64,000 nt of DNA from Utricularia gibba (Eukaryota; Plantae; Magnoliophyta): assembly GCA_002189035.1 (NCBI GenBank), contig NEEC01000013.1, positions 372,001 through 436,000 of the forward strand. Reading direction: 5' to 3'. Every line of letters starts with the position of its first letter. Positions within the stretch are counted from its first letter, which is position 1. The position numbers and the translations under genes were made by a program. Below, in pieces: positions 37,925 to 51,900 of this stretch. The notes under the pieces are model-generated. The model saw nothing but the letters and a program-made list of their open reading frames with translations, was not told the DNA's origin and did not search any database.

Positions 37925-38825
37925 CGCGCTTGAGATTGTACGTGCGCCCCAACCAAGGAACAGGGTGCAAAACCCTTGAGACTGCATCGCCCAATGGGCT
38001 CTTCTCACGGGTATAACAAATCTTGGGTAAAGGCCCTTAACAATTGTAACCTTACAATGTAATCTCCAAAAGGGAGCGTAACCGTCATGATCATTATCCC
38101 GCTCGACAATGTCCCCATTTCACGAGTCCGAACCATTCACGGACAGCTTTGGTCACATTGAGCTTATCTCACTTAGTCTGAAAATACAAAGGTAAACATA
38201 AATGGAAAACAAGCAAGTTCGCAACGTTTTATTTCCCGGTCGCCTCAGCTCTCTAGGCTCACTCCACAAGCACTCTTGAGAGTTCACTTGGGAGCTCGGA
38301 ATGCTTCCGTCAAGAGCTGCACATCATGTTCACTTATGATCGATCCTTGTGCATGGATGCTCGAGCAGAGGGGTTATGCTTGGTACTTCTGCACCCAGGT
38401 TCCCTTCTGAGTTAGCATGCCTCTTGTGTTATTTGCATTCTCCTCCTCTTCAAAAGTTTTTGTCTCGAAACCTCACCTTTGAACAGCTCGAGGTGTTGCA
38501 TTTTCATTTGAATCTGTATTTCCAAAGTTGCATCTTGGAGGCCAAGGTCAGCCCATTGAATCTTTAGCACATGATCGCCTTCCCTCTCATCATAGTTACA
38601 TTTTGTCCCAAAATTCTTAACGGTCGCACGTGATAGGCGAGATTTTCCGCTATCCCAAATTCATCTTCACATATGTCTCATCCCCCATCCGGTATTTGTT
38701 TGCGGAGTTGTGACACATGTAATACAATATGCATCTTGGACAGCTTTGGTGGTGAAACCAATTGATACGCCCACTTTCAAATGCACTAAGTTACCTGATG
38801 AAGTGCTGAATTGTGTTATTTTCAA

Positions 38826-41190
38826 TGTTAGGATAGGAATATTAAATGAATTAGAATAGGAAAAAAGGCCAAAATTAATATTAGTTAATTTATTTTTGAT
38901 AAAACCATGTTTTGAGCCATTTTCTACGTTAATGGAAGGGTTGGGGTGACTTCATTATGGATCCAAGCCTTGGAACAGCCAGCCTATTTTGGCCATGCCT
39001 TGTGTTCGACCAATCTGTGAAGTAAATTTTCCTACACAAGCAAATCAAGAATTGCATGTCTACATAAGAATCTGAATTAATGAGAAAGGATATTTACTAA
39101 GCATCAGAAATAAAGAAAAAAGAAAACTATTGAAGCCCAAAAGAGGAATTACAAGTATGCTACAGATGAAAAACAAGATACTGATGAGTGTGATTGTCAT
39201 AATATGGGACAAATTAGCATGATCTAATTGGAGATATAAAAGAAAAAAATAAATCTGAAAGAAAGGGAGTAATTTTGGAGGGAAGCTCCAAAGATGAACA
39301 AGGAATCTATCTTTGGAAATTTTCCTAGAGAACTTTCATATTTTTTTAGCATAGAAGTCTGAGGAGGAGCAATTCTAGCATGACACTAGAACCAACCTCC
39401 AATGTCTAGAACCAAGCTCTGACAATGACCCACCTATTCGAGAAAAAAATTGATAAATAAAAAATTATGCAAGTCATTAAAATATGAAAATTCGCATGTC
39501 AAATAAATTTATAACCTAATTCACAACTAATCATACGAAAAATATGAGTATAGTAGATTAGGGTCGAACACAAGGGGGCATGTGCTTGTTGTGTGAAAAT
39601 TGATGCATGATGTTTTTTTCATTGTCAAGAGATTAAATTTAAGCTAACACTAATTCTATTTGGCAATAAAATAGAGGAAAGAAAAAAAATAAATCACTAA
39701 ACTCGGTTGTTGCCTAAGATGAGATGGGGTGATGCCTCGGGACTCTTAAGATTAGCATGCAAATTACTACAACTATCTCACCTACACCATAAATCATCCA
39801 CCTCCCAAACATAGGCTTAAGTATATCCAAATCTTTGTTTTCCTTAAGTTTTGGTCTACTTCTAATTAGGGTTATTCTAGTGAGTTTTACTATTTACTCC
39901 TCCTGAATTTATCCTAGTTTTTTAAGAAAATAATGTGATTATGTGATAAATGTGATTTAGTGAACAACAAACATGTTAACTGCTTTTGCCCCAAGGTACA
40001 CTAGGTGCTTTAGTTATTTATGACAAGAGAAAAGAAAACACTTTCATGACATATCATAAGTATTATACTGGTTTTAAAGTTTAACAACAACAAAGAACAC
40101 ATAAAAGAAACATAAACTGTAAAGAGGACTTCAAAAGAGGACTTGGTTCCTGTTTAGTTTTCTTGTTCCTTTTGGTTCTTGCGATTTTTCTCCTATCCCT
40201 TCCCATAAGTCTATAGCATGTTATTTAAGGTGGTGGAGATATTTTCTCACTCTCATGATGTCCAAAATCTATCTTTTTATCTCTTTGAATTTTGATATAC
40301 TTTCATTGAGCTTTTGTCCACATCTTCTACAACTTCACTATTCTCTTTTAGCTCCTTGGGATTTAGGCTGCTAAAACGTGCCACATTGTTCAAGAGAATG
40401 ATTAGAACTAAGATTGCAATTAGGAATTAAAGATGCAAGTAATGGTACTAATCATAAAAATGTAGAAATACACGATAAATTCTGTATTTTATAGCAAAAT
40501 ATTAATCATTTTCCTATTTTTAAACATTCAAAAATATGTGTTATCAAAGACGATGAAAGCAGTCTTCAAAATGACACTCGAACTACCTCTATTGCCTAAA
40601 ACAGCACCAGAATTAGGAACTTTCACAACGAAGCTTGAGGACCAGCCTATTAGAGTAGAAGAAGACAATGTACGCACAAGAACTAACTAACTTTTAATTT
40701 TCTGCACTTCCCTTTGTGAATATGCTAGCATTTTCTGTTTCCTACTTGAATGCCAACCTCGTTCCAATGTCTGCTCTGCCTAAACTCACTAACTTCATCA
40801 TTTGCTTTATTATTTTCATGCATGAAACGGAATAGTAACTGAGCATGTTTAGGTTATCTCTTAAGCATGGTAATTTTTGGATTAAGTAAAATACTTACTT
40901 TTAAATTTCTAGACCTGCTGATTTCTTTAGTGTAGAAAACAGTTTAAGCATTTTCTTAATTTTTTTAGAGTAGCAACCCACTTACATTGAAAAATCCCAT
41001 GTTAAATCATGCTTACACGTAGGACGTACAATTGAAAACCGTTTGCTTCTTGTGGAGACCTAGATTTACTACTTCTACGTGATTTTCTTTGTGAATGAGA
41101 TATAAATTACATGCTCAATTTATAAATATCTTTTGATGAGAAAATCTTTAGGCCTATGATAATTTTAGAATTTTCCATCCACCATTACCT
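38826..41190 (+). mobile_element. LTR (family C) nested in the chromovirus remnant, itself interrupted at 39485-40546
   Basis: Starts TGTTAGGAT like 28788; after the inner insertion it resumes AAGACGATGAAAGCAG, collinear with 29156 onward. Right end approximate. Confidence 0.6.
39485..40546 (-). mobile_element. Athila-like LTR in reverse orientation
   Basis: Minus strand TGATAACACATATTTT...CCTTGTGTTCGACCC...ATAAATTTATTTGAC...TTTTCA, the same terminal architecture as 61460-62849. No TSD found. Confidence 0.6.
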
Positions 41191-43010
41191 CATACGACCT
41201 CATTATCATGATCCTATCTTCCTGAACTTTGCACTCCTTCCCAACCCTCATTGAAGCAACTATCTCAAATAGACGTGATCATTGACTTCAAATTCTAATG
41301 GCCTTTGCTTCATGTCTCGTCAACTCTTTTGACTATCCTAAGCTACCTTAAGACTTTCCTTGATTACTCTTACCTTTTCTTTCGTGTGTTGTGCCAAATT
41401 GGGTTCTAACATTGCCTACTACCCTACCTCATCCCAATGCAAGAGAGTCCTATATTTTCTCCCATACAGCACCTCATATGGAAACATCCCCAAACTTGCT
41501 AGATACTTGTTATTGTAAATGATCTCCATCAAGTAAATGTGTTCATCCCAATCTGATATGGAATTGGGCTCAACAATTGGGCCAATAATCTCTGAATTCT
41601 CCTGGCCTACATTGCACACTCAGCTAGTTCCAAGGGTTCGAAAATCAAATAATTGAGGTGGTAGATCTGAAGAGGCATGCTTCTTCAACTCAAGTGCTGT
41701 TCATTTCGTTTCCGATCCTAGCACTGAGTTTGGATTGGTACCTCATTTTGTTGTGGTGGCATCACTATAGGTGGCTTTGTAGCTAGAAGGTGATGATTAG
41801 GAGTACTAGCCCCAACTTCAATCGAGAACTTTTTTGAGAGTACCAAGGTGGTTAGCACTTATCATTTCTGTTTAGAATTTCTTGTAGACTTCATTTAGAT
41901 TCGTTGAATGTTGTTATCGTACTTTGTTTTTTCAATTCACTGTTGAACGTAAGCCTTTGAGATGTTTAACTATATCACAATCTCCCAAGAACTCCAAACT
42001 TAAGCCCTCAAGAAGTCCTCTTCCATTAGAATTGTCCTCTTCGATTGTACATCCGTTTGTAGATGCATTGCAGTACTCATGTTGAACTTGTTACCAAGTG
42101 CTTATAAGACTTGCAGAAACCTTGAGGTGAACCTTATATCATTATCTGAAACAATGCTTTCTAGTACTCCGTGCAACTATACAACCTATGCGAGATACTC
42201 TTGAGCGAGCTGGCTAATACTGGACTACTTAATGATAATGAAACCAACCAGCAAAAAGCATTAAGGTTGCTAAGGCCAATGCGCCAATTGCGGTGCAATG
42301 GAATTATAATTCACTAGTTATTCAATATGCTCATCAAATCTAAAAAAAACCAAAGGTTATTTGGATCGATATAGTCAAAACAAGATATTCTATTCAAAAT
42401 ACATTGCAATGACATTCATTAATAGATGATTGAAATTCTCTTTTTTACATTCAGTTCATTTTATTCATCTATATTATCCCACAACAATATAATTCGAAAT
42501 CCTTTATTTTTTAACCCCAATAGCTCTTTTGATTTCCGAAAAAACTTGTTTATCAATACAGTACTTCTTTTCCACAGAATGGAGGCAATATAATACTTAG
42601 GATTCAGTACAAAAATATTGAATCCTCACGTGAGGGGGTGATGGTAGCGGTTGCCCCACCCATTTTTTTATGAAAACATATTTATATATCTCTTTAATTA
42701 TGTATATTGAAAAAGATATTGATTGTAGTTTTGATGTTGATAGTTTTATAGTAGATTAAAACTTAGATTATGTTGAATATATTATTTTCTGAAATTTGTT
42801 TTTCAATAATGCTATGTTGTAATATTGATATTTATTCTCCCCTCATTCGACAAAATCTTGCCTCCTGCATGTAATCAGATGAGGAAATTTTTCAAATTGA
42901 TACGACATGCTATTTTTCCATTTATTCCTGAAACTTGGCCTTCCAAATTTTACCAACAGTATGGACAAATTCTTAACATCATTCAGACGTGTAAAAGATT
43001 CCAGGTGCAC

Positions 43011-43048
43011 TTAAAAGCTGAGTACTCCATTTGTTGAGTTCGCAACTC
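43011..43048 (-). pseudogene. trnK-UUU: Plastid trnK-UUU 5' exon fragment (non-functional, in NUPT)
   Basis: GAGTTGCGAACTCAACAAATGGAGTACTCAGCTTTTAA|GTGCAC versus recalled GGGTTGCTAACTCAACGGTAGAGTACTCGGCTTTTAA|GTGCGG. Confidence 0.8.
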
Positions 43049-43697
43049 GGAGAAACAAAATTTACAAAAAAAGTAAGAAAATAAACAAATTAAGTGAAGT
43101 TATACAGAGTTAGGGGTGGATCAACTAACAAAATATTCCATTAAGAAATAACAAAAAAATTAGACTGAATTCAAAACCTACAAATAATTAAATAAAAATA
43201 GAAGAAATTCTGATATAAAAGGATGAAAAAAAAAACAAATAAACCACTTTTTCGAATCAAAAACTTCTTATAGCAAAGAAAGCATCAATTGTCTGAGATA
43301 AAATTTGGAAATTCAGGTAAATTCCTTTGGTGTATAAAAAAGAGATAAATAGACTCAGTTCAGTCATCAGATATTTTTTTCAGATGCTATTGTCAATATA
43401 AATGCTATTCCAAGTAGAAAGTGGAAAAACAAATGAAATTGCATTAAAATAATTTTTTTCTTGAAAGAGCATAGTTCTAGAACGTCGTTGATCCATTTAA
43501 GTTGAATATGTAACATGAATTACTTATTATTTAGTCAGAATTATAACACAAATAGACAATTAAAATAAATGCCCGAGTTTTAGTTAGATTTTTCAGATCT
43601 CGAGACTTAGGAATGATGCAAATACAACATAACATAAATTTCAAGGAGGTAGAACTTGTTTTGTCTGAAATTTTCTATATTCCACTTTGGTATTTTA

Positions 43698-43910
43698 TCA
43701 GATTTGATTGGAGTGAAGTTCCTTAAAAACTTCTGTTTTATTTAAAATATTTTGAACAGTTCTTATCGGTTGAACTCATTTTTTAAGGAAATATAAAATA
43801 AAAGTAACATTTAAGTAAATTTGATTCTTCATTCGATAACAAAAAAACTCATTTTTCGAACATCTCTTCCTTGTCTGTGAACATCAATTGCAACAATTCA
43901 TAAACGGCTC
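43698..43910 (-). pseudogene. rps16: Plastid rps16 exon 2 pseudogene
   Basis: GAGCCGTTTATGAATTGTTGCAATTGATGTTC...GAAGAGATGTTCG...AAGAATCAAATTTACTTAAATG...GAACTGTTCA follows the recalled rps16 exon 2, with indels and many C->T/G->A changes. Confidence 0.85.
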
Positions 43911-44367
43911 AGTGGGATAGACGTATACGAGGTCTTCCCCTCGTGCGGCTCACGAAAAAATGATTTTTTTTCTATATATTTAGTTTTGTCAATGTGTGCA
44001 ATTCAAATAAATTAAATTAAATTGAATGTGGAATAGCAATAGACAGACTTTGATTTCTCCTTTTTTTAATGAAAAAAAACATTCATACTTCTAACTCTCA
44101 AATAGTTCAAAAGAAAAATCTTTTGTCTATTTCATTGCTTAAGTGGTCTTCATCCCCCCCCCCCTCTCCCCCTTTTTTTTATCTTATCTGGATCTGGTTT
44201 ATAATTGGATTTGTGTTCTATGGGATAATCCTGTTATTTAGAGTATTGAGACAATTAAAATGATCTTTACTTGTTCTTGAATCCTTATTTTAAATCATTA
44301 GATTTAAACATTACTAAATCGCCCTTAATCTAATCTTTTCAAAATGGCAGCAACATACCCTTTTTGA

Positions 44368-45070
<703 letters not shown>

Positions 45071-46085
45071 CGTAGGCGTAGCTAATGGATACCACCCTGC
45101 CGGATCCTACATCTCATCTACCCTGGGCGGGGCCGCCCAAGTCCATGACTACTTGTGGGAGCACATCACACCTAAAGCAATACATATTAACCTACTATAT
45201 TTAGTTAACCTAATAAAGATCAAGAGTTGGAGACCCTACTATCTCAAATTATTTTTTTTAGTTTTTAAAATACAAAATTAAGTGGAAAATCATTATTAAA
45301 GACCCAAAAAATTGGAATATGATAATATTTTGGATTTTTTATGTCTCTATATTTTGAAGATATGTTTTTTTCTCTAATTCAATTTAATTGCATTTTATAC
45401 AGCGATTAATGATCAATTAATGATATTGATAAATAATGAAAGGACTAAAAGTACTAACAATGTTTCATTCATTTGCAATTTGTAGGAAAGACTTTAAATG
45501 ATCATACTTAAGAATTCAGAGTATATGTATTGAAAATAGCAATGTGTGAATTATATTATATTAAGCTAAGCATTTATAAAATATTTTACTATCTAAACGT
45601 ATTAATCATTTATAATTTTTTAATTTTTTATGATTATAGTAACGCATTACATATTTACGTAACATTGTAAAATGAAATCCAACCGTACCGCATAGATTTA
45701 TTCAGAAGTAAAAACAGTATACAACTATTGCAAAAGGTCCATATAATTTGGTAATCACAAAATAAAAAGTCGGATGGTATATAATGCATATTAAAATAAC
45801 ACGTTAGTATAATCAAACAATTAATAGAAAGACAGAGAGAAGAAAAAAGGTTTTTTTATTTTGCATTTTTTTATCCAATTTTTAGTTTTTTCAGAATTGC
45901 AAGGTAATTTTGCTCCACTCCATTACAATTCATCGTGGCTTCGTGCAATGAAATCCACGCAAGCCACCGTGAATTAAGAATTTATGTTTGTTGAAGGATA
46001 TGGGTCCGAGCAAGCCTATCAGTATCGTCTTTATATGCAAACCATTGGTTTTCTTGCTTCATCGTCGGTAGGTAGCTGAAGAAAG

Positions 46086-48720
46086 ATGCCGTCTTTCAGG
46101 GGTGAAAACTCTGTTGATGTCCTTATAGCGATTTCTTTTTTAATTCTGATCGGCTTTTCATCTCCAGGTGGGTGCTTGTAAAGTTTGTTTCTTTCGCCGT
46201 GTTGTAGTTAAAATGTGTGTTTTCTCCTTCTTCACGTTTTTGTTTTTTTTTTTTTTCCATTTTTAAGGCAACGCAAATGTGATTGCAAGGGACGGTTTTT
46301 GGTATCGTGAGGGTAGGTCTCTTTTGCAAGCAAACAATGGTGGAAACTCGTCTTCGATGATGTTGGCTGAGGAGAGAACACACCGAGGAGGGTATACTGG
46401 CGGATGGAATATCAGCAATCCCCAGTATATTACTGTAAGTGCTCTCCACTGTGCTACTGCAAATTGAGATCTGCTTTACCCTAACCATGAATCTTTTCCT
46501 TTTGCTGTTTCTCCATGTTGTAATTTCCTACATCAGTTTGTTCTTTGTGTCGGTTGGATTATGGATTTTACTCAAAGATATAATTTGTTTTTTTTATCTT
46601 GCATGCAACTTGAAAATCTAAGGCAAAATTCACTTTTTTAAGTATATGCTGTGGTGTTTCCCCATTTAACGTTACTCTAAGCTTTGTACATGTACGTCTT
46701 GGTTCTACCTCTCTTAAAATAGATTAATTGGTGCAACGTTGATTTTTGTCCTAATTGATACTGTTATCCTTGAATGATGACAATTTCCTAATATTGTCTC
46801 ATCTTGTTACTGATAAGATAGTCACTCTGGATTTCTTTCCTTTTGCAGTCTGTGTTTTATACTGGTGCTCCTCTGATCCTCGTGGGTCTAATCTGGTTTG
46901 TTGGATTTGGTATTTTCTTGCTGCTGGCGTGTGTGTGCATTTGCTGCTGCAGTCGCCGGCAATACGGATACTCTAAAGTTGCTTATGCTATCTCTCTCAT
47001 TTTACTCATTTTGTTTACAATCGCTGCAGTGTAATACTCTGCGTGCCCCTCCTTGTTTTCTGTGAGCTTTGTTTGCATGTTCTATCTAAAAGCTGTTTCG
47101 TTGTTTTGTACATAGGGTTGGTTCGATTGTTCTTTACATTGGACAAGGAAGGTTTCATGATAGCACCAGCAACACATTCCACTATGTGGTGGGAGAAGCA
47201 GAATCGACAGTTGGGAAGCTTGAAAATGTTTCAAATTTTCTCACAGCTGCTAAAAGCGTCGACGTTGATCAGATTTTTCTGCCTCAAGATTTGCGAAACA
47301 GCATAGATAGCGTCAACTCCTTGATCGACACCTCTGCAAATACTCTTAATAGTACAACAATGAGCAACAAAGATAGGATTTTTCATCTAGTGGATGTGGC
47401 GTAAGTATTCAATTTATAACTTGTTCATACCTGTTGTTCTTCCCACAGTTCTCTGTGTTGCTGAATAATTTAGAATATGCATCATGCAGAGGAACAACTC
47501 TCATTATTATCGCAGCTGTTTTACTGGGCCTTGCTTTGCTTGGTTTCGGTGAGCCCTTTGTCTCTTTACGTATTTCAGTGACTATCAAACATGATTGTGA
47601 ACTCTGATGATTGAATTATTATGAAACTTGGTGCAGTGTTCTCCATCTTGGGGCTGCAAGGTCTCGTGTATATGTGCGTAAATTTTAAGAGCATGAAGCA
47701 TTTGCATTCTTTGTCTCATTCATCCTTCTCATTCTCATGGAAGTTTTTGACAGATTGATCATCGTTGGTTGGATTCTCATTGCGTTGACCTTCATCGTAG
47801 GGGCATTTTTGTTGTTCTCCACAAGTAAGTATTGCCAAATGCTGGTAACAACACACACTTCCTGCATCTACAATATCAAGCAATGTTTCATTCAATGCAT
47901 CTTTTGCCATGGAGATGGTGAATTTTCTGTTTCTGTTCCAGTGTGGTGGGAGATACATGCGTCGCAATGGATGAGTGGGTTAACAATCCGACGGCTCACA
48001 CTGCACTGGATGATATTATTCCCTGCGTAGATCCTACAGCTGCTCAGCAAGCCCTGTCCAAGAGCAGAGAAGTAACATTTCGAGTTGTTGATCTTGTAAA
48101 TCAAATTGTCGCCAATATCTCCAATGCCAATTTTCCTGCTGGTGCTGGAGCTGCTCCTCTCAACTACAACCAGTCCGGGCCATCAGTGCCTCTCCTCTGC
48201 AATCCTTACAACTCCAACCTGACGAATAGGACCTGCGGAGCTGGTGAAGTTGATTCAAGCAATGCAACAGAGGTAAAAGAACGAACTGCCTCTTGATTAC
48301 ATTGGAAAATCCGCTCGTTGGCAAACTGTCCGTGCTGGGCATATGCAGGTGTGGCTTCGCTATGAATGTCAAGTCTCTGCTAGCAATGTCTGCAGCACAG
48401 AAGGGCGTCTAACACCGATGATGTACACCCAAATGATCGGAGCAGTCAACATAAGCTATGGTCTGTACAACTATGGGCCGTTCCTGGTGAACCTGGCCGA
48501 CTGCACTTTCCTTCGAGACATCTTCACCCACATATACGAGGACCACTGCCCCTATCTGAACCGTTACAGCAGGTGGGTTTACGTAGGCCTTGCAATGGCC
48601 TCTGCTGCAGTCGCTCTCTCGCTCATCTTCTGGGTGGTTTACGCCCGAGAGAGACGCCACAGGAAATACACGAAGCTTGTGGACAGCCACACGGCACAGA
48701 ACAGGCCCCCGCAGGCATGA
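46086..48720 (+). CDS. Uncharacterised multi-pass membrane protein, At2g12400/At2g25270-like, about 528 aa if corrected; exons 46086-46167, 46268-46434, 46849-47030, 47116-47400, 47490-47548, 47637-47673, 47754-47824, 47942-48272, 48349-48720; 1-nt frameshift in exon 7 as assembled
   Basis: Motifs YTGGWNISN, LIWFVGFG...CCCSRRQYGYSKVAYAISL, DTCVAMDEWVNNPTAHTALDDIIPCVD, YNQSGPSVPLLCNPY, GRLTP, YGPFLVNLADCTF, HCPYL and SLIFWVVYARERRHR. All eight introns are GT-AG; the phase fails only across exon 7. Confidence 0.88.
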
Positions 48721-48954
48721 TCATGGATGACAGAGGTTGGTTTCAGCATCCCTGTACATGCGTTGACGCTTGAGTGCTTGTTACCCGATGTTGTAACCAT
48801 CTATGATACCTCAGTTCTAACTTGTTTCAAACAGCAACTACCGGCTTCCAAACTAGTGTGTTATTTCTCCTCCACTTCCCACTGAATAGAACACTTGGTG
48901 CATATTGGGAGGGACCGCGGAGGTCGACCTTTTTTATTTTCAAAAGACAGATGG

Positions 48955-51900
48955 GTATATTTTTGAGAAAATTAGCAAAATACACAATTTAAAAAAGTGA
49001 TTGGAAAAATACACACCATTGAGAAATGCTTTGTAAAATACATGTTTTCCACTTTTTTTTACATGATTGTTAGTGAATTTTGGAGTCTAATCTATACTAT
49101 ACAACATAATTACAAGATGTAATTATTGCATTCTTACACATAGATCATCTTTTCCACGTGAGGTATTTTAAACCAACGGGAATGGAACCGGTCTGGTTCA
49201 AAACCCATATTTGACCAATCAAATCTGGTGTTGACCTGTCACATCCGAATTAACACAAAATATTATAATTTTAAAAAGTATATTAAATGTTATTAATATA
49301 TCAATTATCAATATTAAACATTAATAATATAATGAATATATTAATTTTAAATAAGAAATGTCATGTGTAATTTCATTAATATAAATATAAATACTGAAAT
49401 ATTTTATCTATTTAATAAAAAATCATAATAAAAATAATTTGCACATTAATTTTTATATGTAAAACATAGTATGAAAATCATTACTCTAAATAAATCATAA
49501 TTTTTTTCAACCACATCAAATGACACAATGATCAAATTGAAATATATTTTAAAGTAACATTTTTAATAAAATAAATTAATCTCTTATATTATATAAATAT
49601 TTTGAAACCCAAATTTTTAATTATTTTTTAATTTAAAATATTGTTGTTTAAAAATATGTATTGTTATAAAAATGCATATTATTATTTATAAATGAATCAC
49701 ACTAATATTTTTTAATGTATATTGTTGTTTAAAAATTATTTATTTATTTATTTGGAAATCTTTATGTTATAAATCCAATTGAGTGATCCGTATTAGAGTT
49801 TTAGTAATATTATATTGATAATTTGTTCACTTCATATATCATTTTTATTACTTTATAAATTTTTTGATTTTATGCTTTTATAGGATGAGGTGCATTATTC
49901 ATTATTAGATTTTAATTATATTTGTAAATTTTTTAGGTTATATGATCCTATGAAGTACGATGCATCATTTAATATTAGGTTTTAATTATGTTTGTAAATT
50001 TTTCAGATTAATATCAGTTTTATCTATAAAATATATTAACACATGTGAGGTTTATTTCATTTGCAAAAATATATGTTTTGCAATTAACCTTTTTCTTATA
50101 AAATATTTTTATATTATCAAATAACATATATAAAACTTAATATCGGACTATATTAAAATTTTAATGTAACTATAATTTTTTATTACAAATTATATGTAGT
50201 AGGATGCAATATTTATTATTGGGTTTTAATTATTTTTGAAGATATTTTCAATTTTATTATCCTAATGATTAAGTTGTAGAATTCATAATTATTTGGTTTA
50301 AATTTGTTAAGTTTTTTCAGTATTGAGTTTTATTTATATTATATTAACAATTTTTTGTTTATAAATCTATATTTGTCAATTTATAAATTCTATTAAAGGG
50401 GGTGATTCAATATTAGATTTAATTATAATATTTATAAAACTTTGACATATGGAAAAACTGAAAATTTTAAAAAGATTGATATTTTATTAACAATATTTAT
50501 AAAACTGATACATTGATAACAATTTTACATCATTTTTTTAGAGGGTACAATTTTCTTTAACATTACTTTTCCCCAGCTAGCAAATTTACTATTTTGCTTG
50601 CTTGATTGTGGCTGGGAGCTTGATGTAAAATCAGATCGATGGAGGTGCGATATTGAATTTCGAGCAGGGGCATATGAAGGCTGGGTCGATGTGGCTGGTG
50701 GTCTGTCATAGGAAGAGTGCAGCAAACTGGAGAAAGATGATGGATGGAAATCAAGAGATAATAGATTACTATCTCGTCTAGAAGATCGCACTAAAGTAGA
50801 GTCATTCACTAAAAGCTGGGAGGCATGATCTAGTAGTTGATTATCATGATCAAAATCTGAAGGCGGCGATCCATTCAAATCAATTGGATTAGATTTCTGG
50901 ATCTTCTTAGGTCTACCCTTCTTTTTCTTTTGTTGTTGGTAATCCACAGGTCCCTTGTGCGTTGTTGCTTTATGCCGACCCAATTTGATTTGTCGTGTAG
51001 AGGGATCAACAAGAAGGCGAAAAGCTAGTGGTGCCCAATCTCGTTCATCTCTTACAGGATGAACTTCACTATTATAAGTGCTGAACATTGACGAGAGTCT
51101 GTAATAATCACTGGTTCTATCCTTAGGGTTGATCCGAAACCGGTGACATGCCTAATAAAGAAAAGTTAATAGATTTGAGTTATAGTTTATATTGAAGATA
51201 GAGTTTGTTTGTGTACCTTTTGTGTATGACTGTAAGGATATTGGTCCAATTGTCACACACTACAATCGCAGTGATGGTCTTCAACTCTAAACCTTTGAGT
51301 TTCAATGATGCAATTGGTCTCCAGTTTGACATCTACCACATGAATTCGTTCATCATGTACAGTGCAGGTTAGTTGAGGTACTAGTCATGCACCTTGTCGC
51401 CAAAAGTTCGACCAGCTGATCTCCTTGCTAGTGCTTCTGCCCTGTACTTTTCAAAATAATATCTACTCTTTTCGAAGGTGACCTGCATATATAGGTATAC
51501 CCATACTAGTTTGTTTACATGAATCTATATGTATTAAAAGTTTTTACCTTTGCAATAGCCGTTGGAGGTAGACGACAGGCATCTCATAATGCTCCATTCA
51601 AAGCCTCTGCATGATTCATAGTCATGATCTCATACCTAATAAATTAGGAAATAAGAATGACAATGTAATTTGCAGTACCTAATTACAAGAATTAACGTAC
51701 TGATGACCCCCATCATGTATCAAGGTCCAATCAATCAAAGGAATATCCATCATGTAGGCATACACTTTTGAACTGACCCTTGTAAGGTGATTCATTGCTT
51801 ATGTATGCTCAAAGTCGTTACTAGAGTAGACAGCCTTGTAAATAATCGCTGATAGCTCCTTGGATTTTGATTTAGCATGGCTCATGCAATTTTTTCGAAT

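Larger units (their letters stand above)
38050..42300 (-). mobile_element. Second chromovirus remnant (integrase C-terminus and chromodomain), interrupted by nested LTRs
   Basis: ORF 41419-41619 WDEHIYLMEIIYNNKYLASLGMFPYEVLYGRKY (integrase). Continues left of the nested LTRs as [10 protein letters not shown]...YHVRPLRILGQ...KIQWADLGLQDATLE (38480-38730), the same family as 19760-20092. Confidence 0.8.
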
